Notes under the pieces: model-generated
Databases searched by the model: none
Told to the model about the DNA's origin: nothing
What the model saw: only the letters and a program-made list of their open reading frames with translations
Part shown: piece after piece, positions 24,561-38,708 of the stretch
Layout of the letters: every line of letters starts with the position of its first letter
Numbering within the stretch: position 1 is the first letter of the stretch
Made by a program: the position numbers and the translations under genes
Assembly: GCF_963921235.1 (NCBI RefSeq)
Contig: NC_086101.1
Coordinates: 1,426,001-1,490,000, forward strand
Direction: 5' to 3'
DNA length: 64,000 nt
Source of the DNA: Mobula hypostoma
Lineage: Eukaryota

Positions 24561-27500
24561 TCCCTATAGCAATCACTGCGGCATACCACTAGTCATTGAT
24601 CTCCAGTCAGAGAGCCAACCATCTACCGTGACCATCTAATAATTTTCCCACACTGGCCTACAATTTCTTGGTTTACCTTTAGAGCCTTTCTTAAATTGCA
24701 GAACAACATTGGCTATCCTCAGATTCTCTGGTACCCCTGCTGAGGATGATTTAAATATCTCTGCTCGGGCCCCAGTAATTTGTGCATTTGCCTCCCATCG
24801 GGTTTGAGAGAACACCTTGTTTTACCCCGATTTGCTCAGGATAGCAAACAACTCCTCTGTAATCTGTATGGGGTCTATGAAGTTGATGCCGCTTTGCCTC
24901 CCCTCTATAGACTCTATATCCATCTCCTGGGTAAATACAGATGCAAAATAAAATTATTTAAGATCTCTCCCATCTGTTTTGACTCCACACCTGGATCACC
25001 ATTCTGATCTTCCATATTTTTTTCCATGCAATGCTTTTGCACTTACCATATCTGTAGAATCCCATAGGATTCTCGTTCACCTTGTCTGCCAGAGGAATGC
25101 CATAGCTGTCCTGATTTTTTTATGGTGCTCTCTTTCGTTTCTTGTACTCCATAAGCACCTCTTTTTTTCTACCTGTGCATACCTGCTGTGCACTTCTTTT
25201 TTCTCATAACCAGGGCCCCAATATCTCTTGAAAATCACTTGTTATTTTTACCTTTCATTTTGACAGGTACGTACAAGTTTTGACTTGTACTCTCAAAATT
25301 CACTTTTGAACGCCTCCCACTTACCACATACACCTTTGCCAGAAAACAGCCTGTCCCAATCTGTACATGCCAGATCATTTCTAATACCATCAAAATTGGC
25401 CTTTCTCCAATTTGGAATCTCAACACAAGGACAAGACTTATTGTTTTACATGATTATTTTGAAATTAATGGCTTTCTAGTCACTAGGAGCAAAATGTTCC
25501 CTACTCAAACTTCTATCACCTACAATGTCTCATTCCCTAATAGCAGATCCAGTATCACAGACTGTCTCGTTATGACTTCTATATACTGGTAAGGAAACTT
25601 TCCTGAACATATTTGACAAGCGCTATCCCATCTAGTCCTTTTTCAGTATGGAATTCCCAGTCAATATGTGGAAAGTTAAGATCACCTACTATAACAGCCT
25701 TATGTTTCTTGCAACAGTCTGTGATCTCTTTACAAACTTACAAACTGTTGGGTGCTCTGTAATACCGCTCCAGTAATGTGGTCATACCTTCCTTATTTCT
25801 CAGTTCCACCAATAACTCCTCAGTAGACGAGTTCTCCGGTCTGCCCTGATAGAGCGCCACGCTGACTTTTTTCCCGGACTAGGAATGCCACCCCTCCTTT
25901 AATTCCTCCCACTCTGTCAAAGTTCGAGGTTCTGTCACATCTGAAACAATGGAACCTCGGAATATTGAACTGCCGCCCCAACAACCTAGTCTCACAAACA
26001 GCTACCATATCATAATTCCAGATGTTGATCCAGATGCTCATCCACCTTCCCTACGACACTTCTTGCATTGAAATATACACAGCTCAGGATCTAGTCACAC
26101 CGTGCTCAACCTTTTGATTCCCGACTTTGTCTGAGGTCTTCCCAACATCTGCCTCCACAACCTCTCCACTAACTGTTCTGGCCCTCTGGTTCCCATTCCC
26201 TGCAACTCTAGTTTAAACCTCACTGTGCAGCGTTAGCAAACCTCTCCACTAGAATATTAGTCCCCTTTCAGTTTAGGTGCAAACCATCTCTGCTGTACAG
26301 GACCCTCCTTCACTGGAAGAGAGGCCAGTGACGAAAACATTTTATGCCCTCCTTCCTACACCAATGCCACGTGTTGAATTGTATAATCTTCCTATTCTGG
26401 TAAGCTAGCCAGTAATATTAAAGAAGGTTCCTGATTTTCTTCTGATAAATAAAGTGTCAAAGAGAGGTGAGCGTAAATATCGGACCTCTGGAAAATAAAG
26501 CTGAAGAGGTAGTAATGGGGACAAGGAAATGGCGACTGAACTGAATAAGTGTTTTACATGAGTTGAAGACACTGGCAGTCTGCCAGAAGTTTGCTAGGAG
26601 GAAGAAGTATAGAAGTTGCTATTACTGGGGAGAAGGTGCTCGAGAAACAGAGAGACCTGAAGGGAATAAATCACCTGGACCAACGTGTACACTCCAGGAT
26701 TGTGAAAGAGGTGGCCGAAGGGATCATGGAGCCATTACTAATGATCATTTATGTACAATGTTTACACAATTAGTGAGTTGTATCAGAAGACAGCTGAGCA
26801 GAGTAAAGTTTGTGACTTGAAAATTTGCAGGTTGAGTCTGGGGTGAGGAAGGCAAATGCAGTGTTAGCATTCATGTCAAGAGGACTAGTGTATAAAAGCA
26901 AGGATGTGATTTTGAGACTTTATAAAGCACTGGTGAGGCCTCACTTGGAGAATTGTGAGCAATGTTTGGCCCCTTATCTTTGAAAGGATGTGCTGAAACT
27001 GGAAAGTGTAAAAGCCATTCGACTTTTAAATTCACAGTGTCTGTACACTGCAACAGAGTCCAAACACTTTTACTCGATGGGCCGAATGGCCTAAATCTGC
27101 TCCTGTATATTACAAGGCCATAAGACATAGGAGCAGAATTCGGCCACTCAGCCCATCGAGTTTCATCTTGGCTGAACCTGGATCCCATTCAACTACATAC
27201 ACCTGCCCTCTCACCATATCCCTTGATGCCTGACCAATCAGGAATCTATCAAATTCCACTTTAAACATACCTACCGACTTCGCCTCAACCATAGTCTGTG
27301 GCAGTGCATTCCACAGACTCACTACTCTCTGGCTAAAAAAACAAAATCCTCCTTACCTCTGTTCCAAAAGGTCGCCCCTCAATTTTGATTCTGTGCCGTT
27401 TGGTGCTGGATACCCCCACCACAGGAAACATTTTCTCCACATCCACCTTATCTGGTCCTCTCAACATTTGGTTGATTTCTATGAGATACCCAAGCATTCT

Positions 27501-28680
27501 TCTAAATTCCAGAGAGTACAGGCCCAAAGGTGCCAAACGCTCCTCGTATGTTAACCCCTTCATTCCCAGAATCATCCTCGTGAACCTGCGCTGGACTCTC
27601 CAATGACAATACATCCTTTCTGAGATAAGGGGCCCAAAACTGTTGACAATACTCCAAGTGCGGCTTGACTAGAGTCTTATAAAGCTTCTGCATTATCTCC
27701 TTACTTTTATTAGAATTTAGAATTTATTTAAAATTACATCCACCCCACAATGTGAGGGAGTAAAAATCTTTGCGTTTGGACTCTGTTGCAATGTACAGAC
27801 ACTATGAATTTAAAAGTCTAATAGCTTGTAGAAAGAAGCTGTCCTGTAACCTGTTGGTCCTGGCTTTAATGCTGCGGTAGCGTTTGGCAGGTGGAAGCAG
27901 CTGAAACAGTTTATTTTGGTTGGGATGACTGGTGTCCCTGGTATCCTTTCCCTGTCTTATTGGAACGTACCTGTGCAGAACGCCATGGTATTTTAGAATC
28001 CTAGCACAGAAAGAGGCCTTTCAACAATAATATTTACATCTGTTTTCTACCTGAACTACTCCCTTATCCCACCCTGACTACTTCCCATTTCATTGCATAT
28101 TTTCTCCACTGTACAATTCCATTTCATATAGAAACGTAGAACATAGAAACATAGAAAACCTACAGGACAATACAGGCCTTTTGGCCCACAAAGCTGTGCC
28201 AAACATGTCCTTACCTTAGAAAATACTCCGGGTTACCCATAGCCCTCTATTTTTCTAAGCTCCATGTACCTGTCCAGGAGTCTCTTAAAAGACCCTATTG
28301 TATCTGCCTCCACCACCGTCACTGGCAGCCCATTCCACCCACTCACCACTCTCTGCATAAAAATCTTACCCTTGACATCTCCTCTGTACCTACTTCCAAG
28401 CACCTTAAAACTGTGCCCTCTTGTGCTAGCCATTTCAGCCCTGGGAAAAAGCCTCTGATTATCCACATGATCAATGCCTCTCATCATCTTATACACCTCT
28501 ATCAGGTCACCTCTCACCCTCCGTTGCTCCAAGGAACAAAGGGCGAGTTCAGTCAACCTATTCTCATAAGGCATGCTCCCCAATCCAGGTAACGTCTTTG
28601 TAGATCTCCTCTGCACCCTTTCTATGGTTTCCACATCCTTCCTGTAGTGAGGCGACTAGAACTGAGCACAGTACTCCAAG
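24560..28680. mobile_element. Mixed old CR1 fragments on both strands and a Rex1-like tail
   Basis: WNYDMVAVCET (-), RVQRRFTRMI (-), 28233-28634 CR1 C-terminus (-) with (tagaaaca)n tail. Confidence 0.75.
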
Positions 28681-29367
28681 TAATATGGACTAAGTTTTTT
28701 TTAAACCATGCTTTATTTTTATTTGAAACTTGTTACTAAGGAAACAAAATGCTGATGAAATTAAATCCATTTCATGGAACAATGGCAAGATTTTGAATCG
28801 GAGTTTATTTCACTGTTTGACATCTTTTGAGGGGATTTCAGATGGAAGAAATTGGCAAGAAAAACATGCTTTAAAATAATTGGGAAAGTTCACAGGCAGC
28901 AAGTGGCAGAATATAAAGAGCTTACAGATTTGGAAGCAAGGAACAAACTGCTGGAGGACTAAGTGTGGCAAGCAGCACATGTGGAGTGAAAGGGATGGTT
29001 AATGTCTTGGGTTGAGATTGACCATCCTGATGCAGACTCTCAGCCCAAAACATTGACAATCCTATTCCCTGCACAGATGCTGTTTGACCTGTTGAGTTCC
29101 TTCCTATAGTTCACCTTTTGCTCTCGATTATTGCATCTGCACGCTCTGATGTCGCCATGCAAATTGGCTAGATCATCTATAGCTCTATATATCAGAAGTT
29201 AATTAACAGGAAATATGTGCTTTGTTGGCAGCAGGCGCATATGCTTGCTTTGTAGTTGTATTGGGGGTAGGTTATAAGGGAAATATTTTGGGAGGTTTAA
29301 CAGTGGTTAGAATTCTATGCCATCAATAAATTAGGTTGTAATCTCATGGAACTACTTTTCCCAACAG

Positions 29368-29637
29368 AAGCCTTGTCCACACCATTGATTGTTCAAGATC
29401 CGGTCTACATAACCAACAATGTTCAGCTCACCTGCATTGTGAAAAAGGGAAACCCAAAGAAGCTCTTATGGCTGAGGGGGAATAAGCCAATTACAAACAG
29501 TTCACTGTATATCCTAGGAGATAAGAACAGCACACTCATCATTTACAGCGCGGAAAAGGGACACTGTGGCTTTTACACGTGCGTAGCTGTTGACAGCACA
29601 AGTGAGCAGAATATTTCACACTTCCTCCTGATTGATG
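29368..29637 (+). CDS. Exon B: IgC2/I-set domain
   Basis: Acceptor cttttcccaacag; donor GATG|gtaggt; phase 1-1, 270 nt. VQLTC...LLWLRGN...NSTLII...CGFYTC gives the canonical C-W-C pattern. Confidence 0.9.
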
Positions 29638-29999
29638 GTAGGTTTTAGAGCACTTTAAAAATGCTGATTGATTATTGATTGGTAATTATGTGACTAATAA
29701 GTACCTTGCAGCAACATTGGGAATGTGTTTCCATATGCCAATTTATTTTTAACCTATAATCCATTGATGCCTAAAGGATTGTGCTCCCGTCGTCAGCATA
29801 GTTGTTGGGAGGGTGATAAAATACTGAAAAGATTGATATGTTTATGTAAATTTACAAATTTCAGATGTCATTGCCAAGGCCAGCATTTACTGCTATCCCG
29901 AATTTCCCGTATGGGTTGCTGATGTAGTTTCTGGTCTTGATGTTTTCTGTCTGATGAAAGTGCTGTTGCTTTGGAAATACCAGCTTTTTCAGACTCACC

Positions 30000-31905
30000 A
30001 ATGGATGAAGCTTGTTGGAGGGGAGTCATGGGCGAAGTGGAGATTCTGGGCGAAACAGAAATGACAAGGGATGCTTGACAGCTGTGGCAGGATTTGAATG
30101 CTTTAACCTCAGACAATGTTAAATCAAGCAACATGGGGGCCTGCAGGGCTTCGCTTCCAGATGACCTCAATGTCTCCTATGTTCGCTTTGACGGTCAGAG
30201 CATGAAGGAACCGTTGCAAACTGCCCCCCCCCCACACACACACACACATCATGTGATGATTCTTTGAAATTAGTATCTGATGCTGACGTGCAGGCTATGA
30301 TCAGGAGGGCCAATCCAAGGAAAACATCTGGACCGGATGGGGTACTTGCCCCTGTACTAAAGGCCTGTGCAGATCAACTGGCTGGTGTGTTCACTGATAC
30401 AGTATCTTTAACCTTTGATCTGGCAGTGTGTGGCACCCACCTGCTTCAAGCAGGTTTCAATGATACTGGCGGAGTGACCTGACTCAATGACTATTGCTCA
30501 GTTGCACTTGCATCCACAGTGAAGAAGTGTTTTGCGAGGCTGGTATCACCTCCTGCCTGAGAGGCAATTTGGATCTACTCCAATTTGCATACCAGAACAA
30601 TGGGTCCACAGTAGGTGCCAGCTTATTGACTGTTCACACAACCCAGGAACATCTGGACAGCAATGATACAAACATCAGGATGCTCATTATTGATTACAGC
30701 TCAGCATTCAGTACCATCATCCATCAAAACTAAGCAAAGGGCCCAAGATCTTGACCTCAATAACTCTTTGTGCAATTGGATCCTGGATTTCCTCACTTGT
30801 ACACTCCAGTGACATCTCCTCCATACAAACATAGAAACATAGAACACCTACAGCAGATTACAGGCCCTTCGGCCCACAATACCATGCCAAACATGCACTT
30901 ACTTTAGAAATTACTAGGGTTACCCATAGCCCTCTATTTTTCTAAGCTCAGTGTACCTGTACAGGAGTCTCTTAAAAGACCCTATTGTATCCGCCTCCAC
31001 CACCGTCGGCAGCAGCCCGCTCCACACGCTCACCACTCTCTGCATAAAAACTCACCCCTGACATCTCCTCTGTACATGATTTCAAGCACCTTAACACTGT
31101 GCCCTCTCGTGTTAGCCACTTCAGTCCTGGGGGAAAAGCGTCCGACTATCCACACAATCAATGCCTCGCATCATCTTATACACCTCTATCAGGTCATCTC
31201 TCATCCTCTGTCACTCCTAAGAGTAAAGACCAAGCTCACTCAATCTATTCTCATAAGGCAACATCCTTTACTAACCCGTCCTTCCACTTCCTCGTCCAGG
31301 TCATTTATAAAAATCACGAAGAGAAAGGATCTGAGAACAGATCCCTGAGGCACATCACTGTTCACCAACCTCCATGCAGAATATGACCCATCTACTATCA
31401 CTCTTTGCCTTCTGTCGGCAAGCCAGTTCTGGATCCACAAAGCAAGGTCGCCTTGGATCCCATGCCTCCTTACTTTCCCAATAAACCTGGCATAGGGTAC
31501 CTTATCAAATGCCTTGCTGAAATCCATATACACTACATCTACTGCTCTATCTTCAACAATGCGTTTAGTCATATCTTCAAAAAATTCATTCAGACTCATA
31601 AGGCATAACCTACCTTTGATAAAGCCACGCTGACTATTCCTAATCACATTATGCCTCTCCAAATGTTCATAAATCCTGCCTCTCAGGATCTCCTCCATCA
31701 ACTTTCTAACCTCTGAAGTAAGACTCACTGGTCTATAATTTCCTGGGCTATGATCTCCACCAGTACAGGTGCCCCACAGTGCTGTGTGCCTGGCCCACTT
31801 CTCTACTTGCTTTACACCTATGACTGTGGCTCAGCATAGCTCCAATAACATATTCAAGTTTGCAGATGACAACACTGCTGTGAGCAGTATCACAGGTGGT
31901 GAAGA
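30000..31905 (+). mobile_element. Rex1/Babar-like RT fragment split by a minus-strand CR1 (about 30826-31750)
   Basis: GPDGV...LKACADQLAGVFTD, LQFAY, RMLIIDYSSAF; resumes with IFKFADDNTAV. Confidence 0.75.
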
Positions 31906-31939
31906 GGGAGATGGAAAATGTAGAGGTGTGTATATATTT

Positions 31940-34900
31940 GCAGGGGGGTGGGAACCGAAGTGAAGAGGCAGAGGACGGGGCGGTTGGTGCACAAGTAGAG
32001 ACAGCTTATAGCGAGTTTGTCAGGAAGGACAGGCAATGAGAGAACAAAGATCCACTCAGCCAGATGGTTTGAGATGTGTCTATTTTACTGCAAGGAGTAT
32101 CATAAGCAAGGCGGATGAACTTAGAGTGTGGATCATTACGTGGAACTATGATGTTGTGGCCAATACAGAGACTCGGATGTCTCAGGGGGAAAAATGGCTG
32201 CTGTGTGTGCCGGGCTTTAGATGTTTCAAAAAGGATAGGGAGGGAGGCAAAAGAGATGGGGGCGTAGCATTGCTAAACAAGGAGCGATTGTCTACTGAGT
32301 CATTGTGGGAGGAAGTCAGAAACAGGAAGGGAGTAATAACTCTACTGGGTGTTTTTTTACAATCCACCAAATGGTAACAGAGACATCGAGGAGCAGATAG
32401 GAAGGCAGATTCTGAAATAGACAATAGACAATAGGTGCAGGATTAGGCCATTCAGCCCTTCAAGCCAGCACCACCATTCACTGTGATCATGGCTGATCAT
32501 CCACAATCAGTACCCTTTTCCTGCCTTCTCCCCATATCCCTTCACTCCGCTATCTTTAAGAGCTCTATCTAACTCTTTTTGGAAAGAATCCAGAGAGTTG
32601 GCCTCCAAATGGTGCCATAATAATAGGGTTGTTATGATGGGTGATTTTAACTTTCCTAATATTGACTGGCATCTCCTTAGAGCAAAGGGTTTGGATAAAG
32701 TGGAGTTGGTTAGCTGTGTTCAAGAAGGGTTCCTGAGGCAATATGTAGGTAAGCCAACTAGAGGAGAGGCTGTATTTGATCTGGTATTGGGAAATGAACC
32801 TGGTCAGGTGTCAGATCTCTCAGTGGGAAAGCATTTTGGAGATAGTGATCACTTCTCTATCTCCTTTACTATAGCGCTGGAGAGGGATAGGTGTAGAGAA
32901 TTTGAGTAACCATTTAATTGGAGTAGGGAAAAATATAATTCTATTAGGCAGAAACATGGGAGCATAAATTGGGAGCAAATATTCTCAGGGAAATGCACGG
33001 CAGAAATGTGACAAATGTTCAGGAGCTATTTGCATGGCGTTCTGCATATGTTCCATTGAGGCAGGGAGAGGATGAGAGGGTAAAAGAGCCATGGTGTACA
33101 AAGGATGTAGGAAATCTAATTAAGAAGTAAAGAAAAGCTTACAAAAGGTTCAAGAAACTAGATACTGTTAGAGTTCTAGAAAATTGTATGGTTTTCAGGA
33201 AGGAGCTTAAGAAGAGCTAGAAGGGGCCATGAGAAGACCTTGGTGAGCAGAATTAAGGAAAACCCCAAGGCATTCTACAAGGATGTGAGGAGCAAGAGGA
33301 TGAGATGTGTGAGAATAGGACCAATCAGATGCGATAGTGAAACGTGTGCATGGAGTCGGAGGATGTAGGGGAGGCACTCAATGAATACTTTGCTTTAATA
33401 TTCACCGGGGCAATTATGTGGATGACTTACAGTGGACTGAAATGCTTGAGCATGCAGACATTAAGAGAGAGGATGTGCTGGAGCTTTGGAAAAGCATTAA
33501 GGTAGATAGGTTGCTGGGTCCGAACAAGATATACTCCAGGCTACTGTGGGAAGAGAGGGAGGGGGTGGTTGAGCCTGTGATGACGATCGCTGCATTGTCA
33601 ACAGGGATGAGAGAGGTACCAGAGGATTGGAGTGTTGCAAATGTTGTTCCCTTGTTCAAGAAGAAGAATGGAGAAAACCCAGGAATTTATAGACCAGTAA
33701 GTCTGACTTCAGCGGTGGGCAAGTTGTTGGAGAAGATCCTGAGAGGCAGGATTTATGAGCATTTGGAGAGACATAATCTGATTAGGAATAGTCAGCATGG
33801 CTTTGTCAAGGGCAGGTTGTGCCTTACAACCATGATTGAATTCTTTAAGAATGTAAGGAAACACATTGATAAGGGTAGAGCAGTGGATGTAGTGAATATG
33901 GATTTCAGTAAGGTATTTGATGGGGTTTCCCATGCAAGGCTCGTTCAGAAAGTAATGAGGCATAGTATCCAAGGAGGCCTTGCTTTGTTGATCCAGTATT
34001 GGCTTACCCACAGAAGGCAAAGGGTGGTTGTAAATGGTTCATATTATGCATGGAGATTTGTAGCCAGTGGTGTTCCTCAGGGATCTGTCCTGAGACCCCT
34101 GCACTTTGTGATTTTTATAAATGACCTGGATGAGGAAGTAGAGGGTGGGTTAAATTAGTTTGCTGATGGCACAAAAGTTGGGGGTGTTGTAGATAGTGTG
34201 GAGGGTTGTCAGAGGATACAGTGGGACATCGATAGAATGCAGAGCTGGGCTGAGAATTGGCAGAAGGACTTCAACCAAGATAAGTGTGAAGTGGTTCATT
34301 GTGGTAGGTCAAATTTGAAGACAGAATATAACATTAATGCTAGGACACTAGGCAGTTTGGAGGATCAGAGAGATCTTGGGGTCCATGTCCATAGGACATT
34401 CAAAACTGCTGCCCTGATTGACAGTGTTGTTAAGAAGGCATATGGAGTGTAGGCCTTCATCAACTGTGTGATTTAGTAAAAGAGCTAGAGGTAATGTTTC
34501 AGCTATATAAGACCTTAGTTAGACCCCACTTGGAGTACTGTGTTCAGTTCTAGTCACCTCAGTACAGGAAAGATGTGGATACTATAGAGAGAGTGCAGAG
34601 GAGATTTAAAAGGATGTTGCCTGGATTGGAGAGTGTCCCTCATGAGAATCGGTTGAGTAAACTTTGCCTTTTCTCCTTGAGTGACGGAGGATGAGAAGTC
34701 ACCTGATAGAGGTGTATAACATGATGAGAGGCATTGATCGTGTGGATAGCCAGAGGCTTTTTCCCGGGGCTGAAATGGCCAGCACAAGGGGGCACAGTTT
34801 TAAGGTGCTTGGAAGTAGGTACAGAGGAGATGTCAGAGGTAGGTTTTACACCCAGAGAGTGGTGGGTGCTTGGAATGCTCTGCCAGTGAATGTGGTAGTG

Positions 34901-35080
34901 TTGGATAGAATAGGGTCTTTTAAAGGATTCTTAGATAGGTATGTGGAGCTTAGAAAAACAGAGGGGTATGCGGTAGGGAAACTCTAGGCAGTTTCTAGAG
35001 TAGGTTACATGGTCGGCACAACATTGTGGGCTGAAGGGCCAGTAATGTGCTGTAGATTTCTATGTTCTATGTTCTATGTT
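31940..35080 (+). mobile_element. Decayed CR1 ORF2 with a short inverted insertion at about 32418-32607
   Basis: CVYFTARS, GDFNFP and RT motifs; (ttctatg)3 tail. Confidence 0.85.
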
Positions 35081-35176
35081 CTTTGATATGCACTGGGACC
35101 ATAGTCCCCTATGTCCTACCATTGAAGTACCTATCCAAAATTCTCCTAAACATTAAAATTGAGCTCATATGCACCA

Positions 35177-35476
35177 TCACAGTTTGAGGATAAAGGGGAA
35201 GCCTTTTAGGACCGAGATTAGGAAAAACTTCTTCACACAGAGAGTGGTGAATCTGTGGAATTCTCTGCCACAGGAAACAGTTGAGGCCAGTTCATTGGCT
35301 ATATTTAAGAGGGAGTTAGATATGGCCCTTGTGGCTATGGGGATCAGGGGGTATGGAGGGAAGGCTGGTACAGGGTTCTGAGTTGGATGATCAGCCATGA
35401 TCATACTGAATGGCAGTGCAGGCTCAAAGGGCCGAATGGCCTACTCCTGCACCTATTTTCTATGTTTCTGTGTTTC
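35177..35476 (+). mobile_element. 3' stub of the same young CR1 subfamily as 4868-6695
   Basis: Near-identical to 6403-6695. Confidence 0.85.
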
Positions 35477-35519
35477 TATCTGCACTGGAAGCTCATTCCA
35501 TACTCTGAAAGAACATAGA

Positions 35520-38037
35520 ACCCTAACCCTAACCTGGTGAACCTCCTCGGCAACGCCTTCAGAGCCAATATATCCTTCCTCAAGTAAGGAGACCAGAACT
35601 GCACGCAGTACTCCATGTACGGTCTCAACAGTAATCTGTACATAACCTCCCTGCTCTTAAATTCAATTCCTTTCGCAATGAAGGCCAACATTCCATCTGC
35701 CTTCTTGATAGCCTGCTGCACCTGCAAACCAATCTTTTGTGATTCATGCACTTAACCTGTCTATATTTCTCTGCTCCACTCAATGTCATCAGCAAACCTA
35801 GATACACTATCCTGGGTTCCCTCTTCCAGATCGTTAACATACAGTATATTGTGAAGAGTTGCAGGCCCAGCACCGACCCCTGTGGCACACCACTCACCAC
35901 TAATTGCCAACCACGGTAACACCCATGTATCCCACTCTCTGCTTTCTATTACTTAACCAATCCTCTATCCATGCTAATACATCACCCCAACTCTATGCAT
36001 GCTTATGTTATGGATAAGTCTTTTATGTGGCACCTTTTCAAACACCTTCTAGAAATTAATGCCCATTTGTTCCCCTCTATCTACTGTGCTCGTTATATCG
36101 TCAAAGAACTCCAGTAATTTTGTCAAACAGGACCTGTCTTTGCTGAATCCATGCTGCATCTGCATGATGGATCCGTTTGTTTTCAGATGCCTCTCTAGTT
36201 CTTCTTTAGTCATAGCTTCAAGCATTTTCCCAACTACAGATGTTAAACTTAACAGTCCTGTAGTTACCTACCTTTTGCCTACATCCTGTTTTGAATAGTG
36301 GCATGACATTTGTCATCTTCCGATCCGCCGGGACTTGCCCACAGTCCAGATAATTTTGGTAAATTATCACCAAAGCCTCTACTATAACCTGCCATTTCTT
36401 TCAGTACCCTGGGACTTCAGGCCTACAAGTTTGCTCAGTCCTACCCCTTTAGTGATAGCTATTGTATCGAGGTCCTCACCTCCCATTGCATCCACAACAT
36501 CTCTCTTTGGCATGTTAGACATGTCCTCCAGTGTGAAGACCGACACAAAATAGTCATTCAAAGTCTCGGCCATTTCCTCATTATGCAATATCAATTCCTC
36601 CTTCTCATCCTGCAAGGGCTTTAGCTACCGTTTTTTACTTTATATAATGATAAAAACCTTGACTATCCATTATATCCGCTTACACCATCACCGCCAGCAG
36701 TACATTCCATGCACCCACCATTCTCTGTGTGGAAAAACTTAACCCTGACCTCCCCTCGTTACCTATTTCCAAGCACCGTAAAACTTTACCCGCTCATGTT
36801 AGCCATTTTAACCCTGTGAAAAAGCCTCTGGCTATCCACGCAATCAACAGTGCTCATCATCTTATACACCTCTATCAGGTCACTTTTCAGCCCCTGTCCC
36901 TCCAAGGCAAAGCTTACTCAACCGATTCCAAATCTTCATAAATCCTGCCTCTCAGGATCTTCTCCAACAACTTGCCCACCACTGAAGCCAGACTCACTGG
37001 TCTATAATTTCCTGGGTTATCTACTCCCTTTCTTGAACAAGGGAACAACATTTGCAACCCTCCAGTTCTCCAGTTCTTCTCCTGTCCCTATTGATGATGC
37101 AAGGATCACCGCCAGAGGCTCAGTAGCCTGGGGTATCTCTCATCCATTCCCGGTGACGTATCCAACTTAATGCTTTTTAAAAGCTCCATTACATCCTCTT
37201 TCTTAATGTCTTTCTGCTCAAGCTTTTCAGTCCACTGTAAGTCATCCCTACAATTGCCAAAGTCTTTTTCTCTGGTGAATACTGAAGCAAAATAAGACCA
37301 TAAGACAAGGGAGCAGAAGTGTGCTACATAGAAACATAGAAAACCTACAGCACAATACAGGCCCTTCAGCCCACAAAGTTGTGCCGAACATGTCCCTACC
37401 TTAGAAATTACTAGGCTTACCTATGGCCCTCTATTTTACTAAGCTCCATCCACCTCCACCAAGTTGCCGGCAGCCCATTCCACACACTCACCACTCTCTG
37501 AGTAGAAACCATACCCCTGACATCTCCTCTGTACCTACTCCCCCGCACCTTAAAACTGTGTCCTCTTGTGACAGCCATTTCGGCCCTGGGAAAAAGCCTC
37601 TGACTATCCACACGATCAATTGCTCTCAGCATCTTATACACCTCTATCCGGTCACCTCTCATCCTCCGTCGCTCCAAGGAGAAAAGGCCAAGTTCACTCA
37701 ACCTATTTTCATAAGGCATGCTCCCCAATCCAGGCAACATCCTTGTAAATCTCCTCTGCACCCTTTCTATGGCTTCCACATCCTTCCTGTAGTGAGGCGA
37801 CCAGAACTGAGCACAGTACTCCAAGTGGGGTCTGACTATAGCCCTATATAGCTGCAACATTACCTCTCGGCTCCTAAATTCAATTCCACGATTGATGAAG
37901 GCCAATACACCATACACCTTCTTAACCACAGAGTCAACCTGCGCAGCTGCTTTGAGCGTCCTATGGACTCGGACCCCAAGATCCCTCTGATCCTCCACAC
38001 TGCCAAGAGTCTTACCATTAATATTATATTCTGCCAT
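35520..38037 (-). mobile_element. Several CR1 fragments
   Basis: 37417-38037 open CR1 C-terminal frame; GVPQGSVLG and other RT motifs upstream. Confidence 0.8.
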
Positions 38038-38394
38038 CTTGAAAGAAATAAATATTTTTCATCATCCATTCCATGTGCTGTGCAACGAATTATATTTTAT
38101 TGACTTCCAGACTTTCCTGAACTCCATCAAAATTTTTATAATTTTAAATCCTCCACCTGAAGAAATGATGTCTGTTATCTAGTTTCTTGTTGGATCTGTA
38201 GTTCTGCTGTGTGGCAATTGCAAGTATCTGCCTGCAATGCGCTTGGTCCAGTAGCTTGCTCCTGTGAATGACCACAAAACACAAAGGAAGGATTCAAAAA
38301 TAATGTGTTTTTTGTGACGTTATTCTGTTTGTATGTGGATTTTACCACTGTGTCTTAGAACTGAATTTACTTCAATAGCAGATCTCTGTTTCAG

Positions 38395-38511
38395 GTGTTC
38401 AATTTCTGCATAAACGCATCCTCATTACTTCTGTCATTGCCTTGGTCAGTACATCAATGTCTCTCGCTGGAACTGCCTTCATCATTTTCTTTGCGTTACA
38501 GAAATATAAAA
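38395..38511 (+). CDS. Exon C: transmembrane segment 1
   Basis: Acceptor ctctgtttcag; donor AAAA|gtaatg; phase 1-1, 117 nt. Reads (G)VQFLHKRILITSVIALVSTSMSLAGTAFIIFFALQKYK. This frame is not in the ORF track. Confidence 0.8.
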
Positions 38512-38606
38512 GTAATGTATGCATTTCTTTTCCTGTTCTTGACAACACATTTACTCAGATTTCCAGATATTTCAATGAACCTGTCTGATTTCCTTTGTAT
38601 CTACAG

Positions 38607-38708
38607 CTCAGAAGTATCAAATGCGACTTACCGCTGCATTTATTGTCATTAAAATAAAGTCCTATGTGTGTTTAATGATCTCTTCGATATATTCTACCTT
38701 GGATGGAG
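38607..38708 (+). CDS. Exon D: second hydrophobic (putative TM) segment
   Basis: Follows a 95-nt intron; acceptor tttcctttgtatctacag; donor GGAG|gtaggt; phase 1-1, 102 nt. Reads (T)QKYQMRLTAAFIVIKIKSYVCLMISSIYSTLDG. Confidence 0.7.

Noticed and set aside
38111..38270. Acceptor-like ttgacttccag followed by DFPELHQNF and a hydrophobic patch
   Set aside because: In-frame stops and no suitable donor.
38395..38652. 85-aa ORF in the ORF track
   Set aside because: Different frame from the spliced exons C and D and reads through the 95-nt intron.
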